From an uncultured Pseudomonadota bacterium (GTDB lineage: Bacteria; Pseudomonadota; Alphaproteobacteria; RF32; CAG-239), in assembly GCA_949295085.1 (NCBI GenBank), contig CASFJS010000008.1, positions 38,855 to 102,854 on the forward strand: a stretch of DNA of 64,000 nucleotides, written 5' to 3'. The notes under the pieces were generated by a model. It did not search any database, was not told the origin of the DNA, and saw nothing but the letters and a program-made list of their open reading frames with translations. The translations under genes were made by a program, and so were the position numbers. Below, piece by piece: positions 1 to 9,705 of the stretch (position 1 is the first letter of the stretch; each line of letters starts with the position of its first letter).

Positions 1-332
1 CATCCGGCAGAGCTCTGGAAGCCATCAATCGTATTATCTACGCTCAGGGGAAAGCGCCACAGGCACAGTTAGGACATCTGACACGGGACATCGTCGCCTC
101 AAAATCAGGTGTAGTGGAGAGCATAGACAACCAGCAAATCAATAAGATTGGCGTTTTGGCCGGCGCTTCGCAATATCCCGGAGCCGGCCTTGATTTATTG
201 AAAAAAGTCGGTGACAAGGTCGAACCCGGTGAAACCCTATATCGGATTCATTCGGTCAGCACGCATGATTTTGCCTTTGCCAATTCCTTTGTTGATGGTA
301 ATAACGGCTACGAAATAAACTCCCGAAGGTAG
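1..332 (+). CDS. thymidine/pyrimidine-nucleoside phosphorylase family, C-terminal fragment (5' end outside window)
   Basis: Frame 3 is open from the window edge to TAG at 330-332. The translation ...SKSGVVESIDNQQINKIGVLAGA..GAGLDLLKKVGDKVEPGETLYRIHS resembles the C-terminal domain of thymidine phosphorylases. Confidence 0.6.
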   Translation, partial: SGRALEAINRIIYAQGKAPQAQLGHLTRDIVASKSGVVESIDNQQINKIGVLAGASQYPGAGLDLLKKVGDKVEPGETLYRIHSVSTHDFAFANSFVDGNNGYEINSRR

Positions 333-336
333 CACC

Positions 337-951
337 TCAGACTCTTTCCCTGTTATCGCGGCCGGCAGAACGGAGCGCGGCCATGCGTTCGGGCATCGTC
401 TGCCGCAGCCCTTGTATCTTACGCCCTAGAGAAGCTCCTTCTTGTCGGCCGTTTTGAGCATCTTTCCGCCCGTCTTTAACCGCTTCCCTCGTTTGGTTCT
501 GACGGCGGTTGTGCCGCTCGCTCGGCAGAGGTTTTACTCTGGCGCCGGTTATGGCGTTGATATCAAGCGGTACATTAAAATCTTTGCTGCTTTGCAGGCG
601 TTTCATTTCCTTTTTCAGATCCCCTTTGACACTAACGATTTCCGCCGAGGCCAGAATCAAAAAGTTTTTGTCTTCCTCAGCTTTTTTCAGCAGCAGGTGC
701 AAATCTTTATTCTGCGGGTCAGATTTTGCCTGCCGTTGCAAAATATTTATGGCCGCCTGATTTTCGATTCGCTGTTTTTTGATTTTCTCATGCGTTTTGT
801 TGAGTTCTTCACGAAACAAGGCCAGTTTCTTAGTTAGTTCATCCCGTTTGGCGGCATATTTGGGGTCATCTTTATCCAGTTGCTCAATTTCTTTTTCCAA
901 AGAAGTTTCATCGTCCGGTTTCTCGTCAATATGCGGTCTCTTTTCAACCAT
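337..951 (-). CDS. hypothetical coiled-coil protein with basic C-terminus
   Basis: 204-aa ORF, Lys/Glu/Gln-rich with heptad-like composition. No family recognised. It is convergent with the previous gene, with only 4 nt between the stops. Confidence 0.45.
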   Translation of the reverse strand: MVEKRPHIDEKPDDETSLEKEIEQLDKDDPKYAAKRDELTKKLALFREELNKTHEKIKKQRIENQAAINILQRQAKSDPQNKDLHLLLKKAEEDKNFLILASAEIVSVKGDLKKEMKRLQSSKDFNVPLDINAITGARVKPLPSERHNRRQNQTREAVKDGRKDAQNGRQEGASLGRKIQGLRQTMPERMAALRSAGRDNRERV

Positions 952-1068
952 AGAGTTCCTCCCACAGATTCCTTACCGTCAGAATAACACATATTTTGCC
1001 AAAAATCATGCAAAAAAATACTCCCCGAACAAAATCCGGGGAGTATCGGTCTTAAGACCAAACGCAGG

Positions 1069-2751
1069 TTAGGCGTTCTTCTTCAAGGCCTCGCCAAGAG
1101 CATCGCCGAGGGCCGAATTGCCGGTAGAAGAAGCATATTCTTCCAGGGCTTTCTTTTCCTCGTCAATTTCCAAAGCCTTAATAGACAAGCCGATTTTGGA
1201 ATTTTTCTTGTCAAGAGAAGTGATTTTAGCTTCAACTTCGTCACCTTCTTTGAAGTTATCCGGCTGTTGCTGAGCTTTGTCTTTTGACAAATCGCCTTTT
1301 TTAATATAAGACGGCAGACCGTTAACCTCAACGCTGATACCTTTGTCGTCAACGGCGGTAACTTTGGCTTTAACGGTTTCACCCTTTTTCAACCCGCCAA
1401 AAGCCGCGGCAACACTGTCTTCGGTAAGCTGTTTGATACCGAGAGAAATACGTTCTTTCTCAACATCGACATCAATAATTTTAGCTTGGATTTCCTGACC
1501 TTTGCTGTAGTCTTTGACGGCTTCTTCGCCGGATTTGGTCCAGGATATGTCGGACAAATGAATCATCCCGTCGATTTCATCGGACAAACCGACAAACAAA
1601 CCAAACTCGGTAATATTTTTAATTTTGCCCTCAATGACGGATCCGACCGGGTGCTCTTCAATATAAGCAGCCCACGGATTCGGCGTGCATTGTTTGATAC
1701 CGAGCGAGATACGTCTCTTGTCGACGTCAACTTCCAAAACTTTAACGTCAACCTCCTGTGAAGTAGAAACAATTTTGCCCGGATGAACATTTTTACGAGT
1801 CCAGCTCATTTCGGAGACATGAACCAAGCCCTCAATACCGTCCTCAAGCTCAACAAATGCGCCGTAATCGGTAATGTTGGTTACTTTGCCTTTGTAAATC
1901 TCGCCGACTTTGTATTTGCCCTCGACATTGGCCCATGGATCGGCTTCAAGCTGTTTCATACCCAGACTGATACGCTGAGTATCTTCGTTGAATTTGATAA
2001 CCTGAACCTTAACCGTTTGGCCGACCGACAAAACTTCCGCCGGATGATTAATACGACGCCATGAAATATCGGTAACGTGCAACAGGCCGTCAACACCGCC
2101 CAAATCGATAAACGCGCCGTAATCGGTAATGTTTTTGACAATACCCTCAAGAACAGCACCCTCTTTAAGGTCGTGAATCAATTCGGCGCGGGCTTCGGCA
2201 CGGGTTTCTTCCAAAACCACACGACGCGAAACGACGATATTGCCGCGAACCTTATCCATCTTCAAGATCTGGAACGGCTGAACAACGCCCATCAGCGGCG
2301 TAATATCGCGTATCGGACGAATATCAATCTGCGAACCGGGCAGGAAAGCAATAGCACCGTTAAGATCGACCGTAAAGCCGCCTTTAACGCGACCGAAAAT
2401 AACACCGTTAACACGTTCGCCGGCATTAAGCGATTTTTCCAAATCTTTCCAGGCTTCTTCGCGGCGGGCTTTTTCGCGCGACAAAACGATATTACCGTCT
2501 TTGTCCTCATAACGGTCAACATAAACCTCAACCGTATCGCCTTCTTTAAGTTCCGGATTCTGCCCAAATTCACGCAGCGGAATACGGCCCTCGGATTTCA
2601 ACCCGACGTCAACCACGGCATAATCGGGAGTTAAACGGATAATTGTGCCTTTAACCACCGAACCGGTAATACCGTCGCTGCCGAACTGTTCATTCAACAG
2701 TTCTTCAAAATTCTCGTTGGTTTCAGGGATTTTTAATTCTGTATTAGTCAT
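1069..2751 (-). CDS. rpsA: 30S ribosomal protein S1
   Basis: 560 aa with six S1 repeats (e.g. GxVxxITDYGAFVxL, GLVHVSEMSW motifs). Confidence 0.97.
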   Translation of the reverse strand: MTNTELKIPETNENFEELLNEQFGSDGITGSVVKGTIIRLTPDYAVVDVGLKSEGRIPLREFGQNPELKEGDTVEVYVDRYEDKDGNIVLSREKARREEAWKDLEKSLNAGERVNGVIFGRVKGGFTVDLNGAIAFLPGSQIDIRPIRDITPLMGVVQPFQILKMDKVRGNIVVSRRVVLEETRAEARAELIHDLKEGAVLEGIVKNITDYGAFIDLGGVDGLLHVTDISWRRINHPAEVLSVGQTVKVQVIKFNEDTQRISLGMKQLEADPWANVEGKYKVGEIYKGKVTNITDYGAFVELEDGIEGLVHVSEMSWTRKNVHPGKIVSTSQEVDVKVLEVDVDKRRISLGIKQCTPNPWAAYIEEHPVGSVIEGKIKNITEFGLFVGLSDEIDGMIHLSDISWTKSGEEAVKDYSKGQEIQAKIIDVDVEKERISLGIKQLTEDSVAAAFGGLKKGETVKAKVTAVDDKGISVEVNGLPSYIKKGDLSKDKAQQQPDNFKEGDEVEAKITSLDKKNSKIGLSIKALEIDEEKKALEEYASSTGNSALGDALGEALKKNA

Positions 2752-2949
2752 AAATATTATTCATCAAAATGCCAGACCCGAAAACATCGGCGGACTTGCG
2801 CGGATTAGATATACACACTCTGCCGGCGCGCCCCGGCAGCCTAAGCGAAACCTATTTATACACGCAAATATTTATTTTTCAAGAAAAAAATAACGCCGGA
2901 AACAAAAACTCAAAACTTTTTGGGATTAAAACAAAAGCCAAAGAAAAAA

Positions 2950-3026
2950 TGGCGCGCCCGGCGGGATTCGAACTCACAACCTTCTGATCCGTAGTCAGAT
3001 GCTCTATCCAATTGAGCTACGGGCGC
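2950..3026 (-). tRNA. tRNA-Arg (anticodon ACG)
   Basis: The reverse complement GCGCCCGTAGCTCAATTGGATAGAGCATCTGACTACGGATCAGAAGGTTGTGAGTTCGAATCCCGCCGGGCGCGCCA folds as a cloverleaf. Features: 7-bp acceptor stem, anticodon loop CTACGGA, TTCGAAT T-loop, encoded CCA. There is one A-C mismatch in the T stem. Confidence 0.88.
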
Positions 3027-3247
3027 ATCCTGACAACAGAAAAAGTTATTACATCATCAGGATTAAAAAAGCAAGCGATTTTTTAATAAAAAAATATTTT
3101 GTTTACCAATAATTTAAGAAAATAAAATATACTTCGTAACAAACAAGGTTTTTAAGCTCGTTTTTTTGTAAAAAAATTTCTTTACAAAACCGGCAGATAG
3201 TGTAAAAACAAAAAAGAATGTTATTTTTATTTTAGGGTGCTTTATCA

Positions 3248-4345
3248 ATGACAAAATCAGCAAAATTATCTTCCATCATAGTCGCTGCGGTCGCCTTAGG
3301 CGGTTGTACTTATTCGTCTGATGCTATTTTCCCGTCGCTTTTCGAAAATGATGCCGCGGAGGCTCAGATGGTTGAGGAAAATAATACCCGGAATGCGGGG
3401 ATTGCTTTGGGAACCACGAATTTTGAACCCGTCAATGTTTCCGAGGTAAGCAATACCGGAACTTTTGTCGGTCAAAAAGTGATGACTTTCCGCAATGAAC
3501 TGAATCAATTGCAATCATCCATTCGTGAAAATAACACACAGCTGCAAAGCATCAGAAAATCGGTTGTTGGCAATTCCTTGCAATATCACAAAACCATCGG
3601 TATGATCGAGGCCAAGTTGCAAGTCGGCACCACTCCGGGCAATCCGCAGATGTTTGAGATGCTTTCTGCCGCTCAAAACAACATTCAAACAATGAGCACC
3701 AATTCGGCAGCGCTTAATCAATTGTCGGCCAAAATTGCGGCAGATACCGCCAATACCGATTATCTCGTTGATGCCATTCGCTCGGCATACAGCATTTCCG
3801 GCGCGGTTGATGAAGATCACCGTCAGTTGCGCATTCTTGAAAACGAAGCCGGACAAACGTCTATCCTGATGCATTCGCTGCTCGGTGAGGTCAATAGCGA
3901 TATTTCACGCCAGCAACAATACATTGGAACCGCCGGCGATAATATTGTCAAATTAAGTGACGCCATTCGGGTTGGAAGTTTCGGCGTTAACAATGTTCCG
4001 TTAAGCCGCTCGCCGATGGCGGTTGCCGGCATGCCGCGTCCGGGAACAAAATCTGCTCCGGCACTTGCGGGAGGGAAACCGCTGTTGGCCGTTAAATTTT
4101 CCTCACCGGATGTCAAATATCAAGAGGGATTAAAGCAGGCTGTTGCAAATGCCGTTGCCAAAAAGCCCGATGTTATCTTTGATGTTGTCGCGGTTAATTC
4201 GCCGCGGGGTAACGGGGCTCAGAAATACGCCTCGCAGATTTTTCAAGATATCATCAAATTGGGTGTCAGCGCCGATAAGGTTAATATCTCGGCTAAGACC
4301 GATGACAAAGTCAGTGTGCCGGCCGTGATGGTTTTTGTCCGCTGA
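3248..4345 (+). CDS. hypothetical lipoprotein
   Basis: 365 aa. The N-terminus MTKSAKLSSIIVAAVALGGC contains a lipobox. The middle is Gln/Asn-rich and helical. No family recognised. Confidence 0.6.
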   Translation: MTKSAKLSSIIVAAVALGGCTYSSDAIFPSLFENDAAEAQMVEENNTRNAGIALGTTNFEPVNVSEVSNTGTFVGQKVMTFRNELNQLQSSIRENNTQLQSIRKSVVGNSLQYHKTIGMIEAKLQVGTTPGNPQMFEMLSAAQNNIQTMSTNSAALNQLSAKIAADTANTDYLVDAIRSAYSISGAVDEDHRQLRILENEAGQTSILMHSLLGEVNSDISRQQQYIGTAGDNIVKLSDAIRVGSFGVNNVPLSRSPMAVAGMPRPGTKSAPALAGGKPLLAVKFSSPDVKYQEGLKQAVANAVAKKPDVIFDVVAVNSPRGNGAQKYASQIFQDIIKLGVSADKVNISAKTDDKVSVPAVMVFVR

Positions 4346-4366
4346 CGAAAATATATTTTATAAAAA

Positions 4367-4395
4367 AGCCGCAATTTGAAGATTGCGGCTTTTTT
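4367..4395. terminator. bidirectional rho-independent terminator between convergent genes
   Basis: Stem agccgcaat / attgcggct flanked by an A-run and a T-run. It overlaps the engB stop codon. Confidence 0.5.
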
Positions 4396-5044
4396 AGACC
4401 TCTCCGGCCAGGTGGGCAATTTCGGCCTGCAAAATATCAATTCCTGTTTTTTTCTCGGAGCTTGTGAGCAGAACATGTATATAAGCCGCCGCATGCTTAG
4501 AGGATTCGGCCTGTGTACCCGCCAAGACCTGTTGCAACTGATCAAAGCCGACTTTGTCCGCCTTGGTTAAGATAATCTGATAAGTTACCGCCGCCTTGTC
4601 AAGCATATCCATAATCTCGCGGTCATTTTTTTTAATACCGTGACGAGCATCAATCAGCAAAAACACTCTTTTTAAATTCGGTCGCCCCTGCAAATAGGCA
4701 AAAATAACACTCTGCCATTGTTTAACCTGCGATTCCGGTGCCTGAGCATAACCGTACCCCGGCAGATCAACAAGATAAAGCTTCCCGGCCAAATCAAAAA
4801 AATTGAGTTGCTGTGTGCGTCCCGGCGTATGGGATGTTTTGGCCAATCCTTTTTGTCCGGTCAGGGCATTAATCAAGCTTGACTTTCCGACATTGGAACG
4901 TCCCGCAAAAGCAACCTCCGGCCTGTCTGCTGTCGGTAACTGATTTGTTTTTGCCGCACCCAAAACAAAATTCGTTTTGTTTTTGAACAAAGCTGCGGCG
5001 CGTTGCAACTGCTCCGGAGAAAATTCTTTCGCCGCAAAAGCCAT
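4394..5044 (-). CDS. engB: ribosome biogenesis GTP-binding protein YihA/YsxC
   Basis: 216 aa. G1 motif GRSNVGKSSLINALTG and DLPGYGY. It sits in the conserved position next to yidC. Confidence 0.9.
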   Translation of the reverse strand: MAFAAKEFSPEQLQRAAALFKNKTNFVLGAAKTNQLPTADRPEVAFAGRSNVGKSSLINALTGQKGLAKTSHTPGRTQQLNFFDLAGKLYLVDLPGYGYAQAPESQVKQWQSVIFAYLQGRPNLKRVFLLIDARHGIKKNDREIMDMLDKAAVTYQIILTKADKVGFDQLQQVLAGTQAESSKHAAAYIHVLLTSSEKKTGIDILQAEIAHLAGEV

Positions 5045-6777
5045 TAATCAGCTCCAACTTTTTTCATAATAACACGCTGCTGGATAATCGACAGCACATT
5101 GCTCAATGTCCAGTAAATAACCAGTCCAGAAGCAAAATGTCCCAGCATAAAGGTAAAGATAACGGGCATTAGGGCAAACACTCTGGCTTGATCCTTATTT
5201 GCCGGCTTGGGCGATAGCTTCTGTTGGATATACATTGTAATACCCATCAAAATCGGCCAAACGCCAAGGTCAAGCAAACTCGGAATAGGGATTCCCGTCA
5301 TTGCCGAAAGCGTCATCGGGTCCGGCGCCGATAAGTCCTTAATCCAGCCGACAAACGGTGCATGCCGGATTTCAATGGCAATATTTAATACTTTATATAA
5401 TGAAAAGAATACCGGAATTTGAATTAAAAGCGGCAGACAACCCGATGCCGGATTGATTTTTTCTTTTTTATACAGGTTCATCATTTCTTGTTGCAGACGC
5501 ACCTTGTCGTTTTTATATGTTTCCTGCAGAGCCAAAATTTTGGGTTGCACCTTTTTCATCCGCGACATACTCTCGTAAGACTTGTTGGCAATCGGAAACA
5601 TAACCAGCCGCAAAAGCGCCGCAAACAGCAAAATAGCCCACCCCATATTGCCGATAAAGCGGTACAAAAAATCCAATATATAAAAGAAAGGTTTAGTCAG
5701 AAAATAATACCAGCCGAAATCGACTGCCAGATCAAATTTCTCGATTCCCAAGTCTTTGGCATAATGATCCAACAGGGCAATTTCTTTAGCCCCGGCAAAA
5801 AAGCGCACATGGCTGGTACCGATACCGCCGCCGGCGATGGTCACGGGCGCGCCGACATAATCAGCCTGATAAGTATTTTCATCCGTTCGGCCAAATCGCG
5901 CCTTGTTGTTGTCGTCATTTAAAACAATTGCCGTAAACCAATATCTTTCACCAAAACCGAGCCAGCCGCCGGTGGTTTCAAATTCCTCTTTTTCGCCGAT
6001 ATCAATATCATTTGCCTTAAATTCACGCAAATTTGAATCCATCACGCCGATCAAGCCTTCATGAACCACGGCCGAGGCACTTTTTTCCGGACTGTATACA
6101 CGGTTAATAAGGCCATAGGGATAAAGGGTTACGGTTTTTCCGGAGTTGTTTTCGACAATTTGTTCAAGATGGAACATATAATCCTTATCAATGGAAATTT
6201 TGCGAACGAATTTAAGCCCCTGACCATTACTCCATTCCAAAGTCAACGGTGATTCCGGCGTCAGCTTACCGCCGATGGCATGCCAAAGGGTTTGGCTGTT
6301 TGGCAATTTAGTGTTTTGGTTGTTGCTGAGCCAGCCGAATTCGGCATAATAAGGCGATTGCGTGGCCGCCGGCGCCAAGAGCTCAACATCCGGACTGTCT
6401 TCGGCCAGAGTTTGTTTATAGTTTGTCAGGTATAAATCATCAAAACGTGCGCCCTTAAGCCGCAAAGACCCGACGATCTTGGCATTGGCAATATCAACGC
6501 GTTTATCAGCCCTCAAAGCTTCTGCCACCGGCATAATTTCACGGCCGGCCGGCGTGTAGAGTTCTGAGGAATATTCAAGCGGTATTGATGCCGGCGCCGG
6601 TTCGGCGGCGGCAACTTTTTCTTCGTCCTTTTCCGCGATTGATACCGGAGCATTATTAGCCGGCCATATCCAGTTGACCGCCAAAATGGCAATTGTTGAC
6701 AACACGATGGCCAGATAAAGGCCTTTGGTTTCTTCTTTCATATCCTCATAAAACTCCTCAAAATCATATTGTTTCAA
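5044..6777 (-). CDS. yidC: membrane protein insertase YidC
   Basis: 577 aa. It has an N-terminal TM segment, a large periplasmic domain and a C-terminal 5-TM core (GCLPLLIQIPVFFSLY). It lies within the rpmH-rnpA-yidD-yidC cluster. Confidence 0.95.
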   Translation of the reverse strand: MKQYDFEEFYEDMKEETKGLYLAIVLSTIAILAVNWIWPANNAPVSIAEKDEEKVAAAEPAPASIPLEYSSELYTPAGREIMPVAEALRADKRVDIANAKIVGSLRLKGARFDDLYLTNYKQTLAEDSPDVELLAPAATQSPYYAEFGWLSNNQNTKLPNSQTLWHAIGGKLTPESPLTLEWSNGQGLKFVRKISIDKDYMFHLEQIVENNSGKTVTLYPYGLINRVYSPEKSASAVVHEGLIGVMDSNLREFKANDIDIGEKEEFETTGGWLGFGERYWFTAIVLNDDNNKARFGRTDENTYQADYVGAPVTIAGGGIGTSHVRFFAGAKEIALLDHYAKDLGIEKFDLAVDFGWYYFLTKPFFYILDFLYRFIGNMGWAILLFAALLRLVMFPIANKSYESMSRMKKVQPKILALQETYKNDKVRLQQEMMNLYKKEKINPASGCLPLLIQIPVFFSLYKVLNIAIEIRHAPFVGWIKDLSAPDPMTLSAMTGIPIPSLLDLGVWPILMGITMYIQQKLSPKPANKDQARVFALMPVIFTFMLGHFASGLVIYWTLSNVLSIIQQRVIMKKVGAD

Positions 6778-6820
6778 TATGTAATATAAATAATGTCGTT
6801 AGGCAAGCGAATATACCCTT

Positions 6821-7054
6821 TTATTCGTGTTTTTGTTGCTTTGGCGGCACGGGATCATAGCCGCTTCCGCCCCAGGGGTGACAGCGCAGGATTCTTTTTA
6901 TGCCGAGCCAGCTTCCTTTAATCACGCCGTGAATTTGCAGAGCCTCAATAAAATATTCGGAACAAGTCGGCCGATAGCGGCAAACATTGGGCAGCATTGG
7001 CGACAAAAATCGTTGATACCCGCGCACCAGCAAAATCATCAGCTTTTTTATCAT
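6821..7054 (-). CDS. yidD: membrane protein insertion efficiency factor YidD
   Basis: 77 aa containing [14 protein letters not shown] and [12 protein letters not shown] motifs. There is a 4-nt overlap with rnpA. Confidence 0.9.
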   Translation of the reverse strand: MIKKLMILLVRGYQRFLSPMLPNVCRYRPTCSEYFIEALQIHGVIKGSWLGIKRILRCHPWGGSGYDPVPPKQQKHE

Positions 7055-7428
7055 GAGTTTTCTTCCGCGGCCGACGGGGCGGGAGCAGTAATTTGCGCAT
7101 TAATTTCCTTAAGAGCTTGCCGCAGACGCCGCGTCAAATAATCAAATTTGAGAGTGATTGTATTGTGCCGGCCGATAAGAACATAATTAACGCCGGCCAA
7201 AGCTTCTTCCGGAAAAACAATCGCCACGGCCGCCCGCAGCCGACGTTTGGTTCGGTTGCGAATATGCGCTTTACCGAGTTTCTTGGTCGCCGTATAGCCG
7301 ACATGGCAACAATCCTGCGGCCCGGACATACTTAAAGCCGCCTGCAGAACCAAACCGTTGACAACAACTTTGAATCCTTGGGCGGCTTTAATAAAATCTT
7401 TGCGTTTTTTTAAGATAAAAACTTTCAT
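7051..7428 (-). CDS. rnpA: ribonuclease P protein component
   Basis: 125-aa basic protein located between rpmH and yidD. It carries the [17 protein letters not shown] (RNR) motif. Confidence 0.85.
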   Translation of the reverse strand: MKVFILKKRKDFIKAAQGFKVVVNGLVLQAALSMSGPQDCCHVGYTATKKLGKAHIRNRTKRRLRAAVAIVFPEEALAGVNYVLIGRHNTITLKFDYLTRRLRQALKEINAQITAPAPSAAEENS

Positions 7429-7440
7429 CTCAAATAAAAA

Positions 7441-7575
7441 CTACGCCGAAATCTTCTTGCGTTTATGAGCGCGGCGCGCGGACAAAACCTTGCGGCCGCC
7501 GGCCGTAGCCATCCGGGCACGAAAACCGTGACGACGGGCTCTGACCAACTTTGAAGGTTGAAAAGTACGTTTCAT
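7441..7575 (-). CDS. rpmH: 50S ribosomal protein L34
   Basis: This ORF is below the ORF-track length cutoff. The reverse-strand translation is [44 protein letters not shown] (44 aa). Confidence 0.92.
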   Translation of the reverse strand: MKRTFQPSKLVRARRHGFRARMATAGGRKVLSARRAHKRKKISA

Positions 7576-7678
7576 CTTTTTTCTCCGGTTATTAGTTAAT
7601 TATTTAAAGCTCCGGCAACGTCGGCCGGAGTCCTCGGACACTCCGCTTTATAAAGCCAAAAGACCGATATGTCAACCC

Positions 7679-8404
7679 TTAAATTGCCTGAGCGTTCCGC
7701 AAAACAGCCTGGGCAATATCGGAATGGCTGCCGTCTTCATTGTGCACGGCAATAGCCGGATATAAGACAAGAGGGGTTTTAGAGTCTTTTTGCGCCCGAA
7801 TGATGATTCGCTTGGCTTTTTCGCCTTGTTTTGAACACACCGGCAAAACCTCGATTTTTCCCAGACGTCCGTGCAATATTGCCAAAATATCTTCAAGTGC
7901 CGCTGTGCGGTTAATCATATAAAAATGCCCCTGCGGTCGCAGCATTTTAATACAAAAATTGAGCCAGTCTTTAAGCCTGACACCGGCAAAATTATGCGCG
8001 GCGGCTTTGCTGGCGTTCGGCGATGGTGTATCATCTTCGGCATAGGGCGGGTTGGTAATAACATGGGCAAAAGAGCAGGGCGTAAGCTTTGTTTTGAAAA
8101 TATCATCGTTGATAATCCGTAAAAAATCAAAACCGTTAGCCTGTGCGCTAAGCTCGGCTGCCCTGGCCAAAAGCGGCTGTTTTTCGATTCCGGTAATCCG
8201 AATGGCGCAATCGTTAAATCGCCGTGCCAGACAAAGCGCCACCGCGCCGGTGCCGCAACCCACATCCAAAATTGTGTCGCCTTTTTTTACTTTACCGAGG
8301 GCGGCCGCCAGCCACACCGCATCGGTCGAGGCACGGTAGCCTTCACGCGGTTGGTAGATTTTAACGCTTTTATTCAGCAGATAATTTTCATCATAAACTT
8401 GCAT
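7679..8404 (-). CDS. N6-adenine-specific methyltransferase, tRNA1(Val) m6A37 (YfiC/TrmN6)-like
   Basis: It has the SAM motif ILDVGCGTGAVAL and the catalytic NPPY (VITNPPYAED). I chose the start at MQVYDE (8404); the ORF itself is open back to 8479. Confidence 0.72.
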   Translation of the reverse strand: MQVYDENYLLNKSVKIYQPREGYRASTDAVWLAAALGKVKKGDTILDVGCGTGAVALCLARRFNDCAIRITGIEKQPLLARAAELSAQANGFDFLRIINDDIFKTKLTPCSFAHVITNPPYAEDDTPSPNASKAAAHNFAGVRLKDWLNFCIKMLRPQGHFYMINRTAALEDILAILHGRLGKIEVLPVCSKQGEKAKRIIIRAQKDSKTPLVLYPAIAVHNEDGSHSDIAQAVLRNAQAI

Positions 8405-8535
8405 ATGAAAATCGCCTTTCCGGCGGTATTTTAAAACTATTTTACCGAAAATCCAGTATTTTCTTGCCAAATACCGCAAAATACGCTACATTAACCGCCA
8501 CAAAGGAATTATTAACAAATAAATAAAATAAATAT

Positions 8536-8925
8536 ATGAAAATCAAAAAAAGAAATCTCCGATGGTTTAATTGCGCCATGCTGGTCGGAGTCCTTGTTTG
8601 TTTTTGTATCGGCGCGTTCGTTGAGGGGATGTTAGCTCCGGCCATAATTGCTCTGGTGTTTTGCATTTTGGCAATTATCGGCGGTATCTACGCCCAAAAG
8701 GACTACAGAGATTACCTCAATCTGGAGGATTCTCTGGCGCAAATGGACTTGCGGGAAATGCTGCAAACGCTGCAGGATGAAGAAAAGTTTGAAATTTGGG
8801 TGACGTATGCACCCCGAAGCGAGATTGATAAATTAATGTCAATCTATGCCCAACTGCCCCGCGAACATCCGTGTTATGCCGATCTGGCATATCTCTTGTT
8901 CCGTGTCAGACAAAAAAGACATTAA
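8536..8925 (+). CDS. hypothetical membrane protein (2 TM)
   Basis: 129 aa with two hydrophobic helices followed by a charged soluble tail. Confidence 0.5.
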   Translation: MKIKKRNLRWFNCAMLVGVLVCFCIGAFVEGMLAPAIIALVFCILAIIGGIYAQKDYRDYLNLEDSLAQMDLREMLQTLQDEEKFEIWVTYAPRSEIDKLMSIYAQLPREHPCYADLAYLLFRVRQKRH

Positions 8926-8935
8926 ACAAAAAAAA

Positions 8936-8966
8936 CCGCCCGTCTTATAAAGACCGGCGGTTTTTT
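8936..8966. terminator. bidirectional rho-independent terminator
   Basis: Stem ccgcccgtctt / aagaccggcgg (one mismatch) flanked by an A-run and T6. It lies between convergent genes. Confidence 0.55.
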
Positions 8967-8967
8967 G

Positions 8968-9705
8968 CTATTTCCATTCAATAATCGCCCGCGCCAGTTC
9001 GCGTTCGTTGTCGGAATCATAGGTTCGGATACTGTGGTAAGATTTATTGCCGTCCATTTTGGTGGTAACCATAATCTTTTCGCCCATATAGCCTTCTTTG
9101 CGAAAATTAATGTCGATTCGTGCCGGATTGTGAGCCAGCCGGAATTCCGGCTCAACCGCTTCCGCTGCCCAGAGAATATAGACCGCGTTGTTAATATGTT
9201 TATTAAGGTCAATGTCGTCAAACCGCACGCGGAATTTGAACTGACTGTCGCCGTCAGAAATCTCGGCAATCTTCGGAAAATCGGTATCAAGCGCGCGTTC
9301 GTTAAGCGGCAGATGCTGCGGCATATTATCAATCACCGACATCGGCCGCCATTTTTCAAGGTTAATCAACACCCATTGGCTTGAAGCGCGAATAATGGAT
9401 GAGCCGTCCTCGCCGAAGACCTCGTAATCACGATAAGCCGAAAGCTTGTTTTTGGCCGACGGCCAGGTTTCAATGGCAATATTCTCGTGAATTTTTGGCA
9501 ACCGGTCAATCTCCAGAGCATAATTGGTCCCGACCCAGGTCATACCGTTCTCAATACAAAATTTAAGCCCGAACCCCAAACGTGCCGCGTCATCGTCGGC
9601 CATATCCTGCAAGATGTTCATCAGGGTTAAAATCCGCAGATTGTTGTTGCGATCGCATTCATAGGAGCGGATGTTATATTCTTTGCGGTATTTATCGGTC
9701 TGCAT
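8968..9705 (-). CDS. acyl-ACP thioesterase family protein
   Basis: 245 aa. The YECDRNNNLRILTLMNILQDMA and ETWP patterns are typical of the FatA/B-like double hotdog thioesterases. Its start abuts the stop of the upstream gene (TAAATG). Confidence 0.7.
   Translation of the reverse strand: MQTDKYRKEYNIRSYECDRNNNLRILTLMNILQDMADDDAARLGFGLKFCIENGMTWVGTNYALEIDRLPKIHENIAIETWPSAKNKLSAYRDYEVFGEDGSSIIRASSQWVLINLEKWRPMSVIDNMPQHLPLNERALDTDFPKIAEISDGDSQFKFRVRFDDIDLNKHINNAVYILWAAEAVEPEFRLAHNPARIDINFRKEGYMGEKIMVTTKMDGNKSYHSIRTYDSDNERELARAIIEWK

Noticed and set aside
442-1072. Several 75-131 aa ORFs overlapping 337-951 on both strands
   Set aside because: All are shorter alternatives nested in or antisense to the 204-aa ORF, with Phe/Leu/Ser-rich low-complexity translations.
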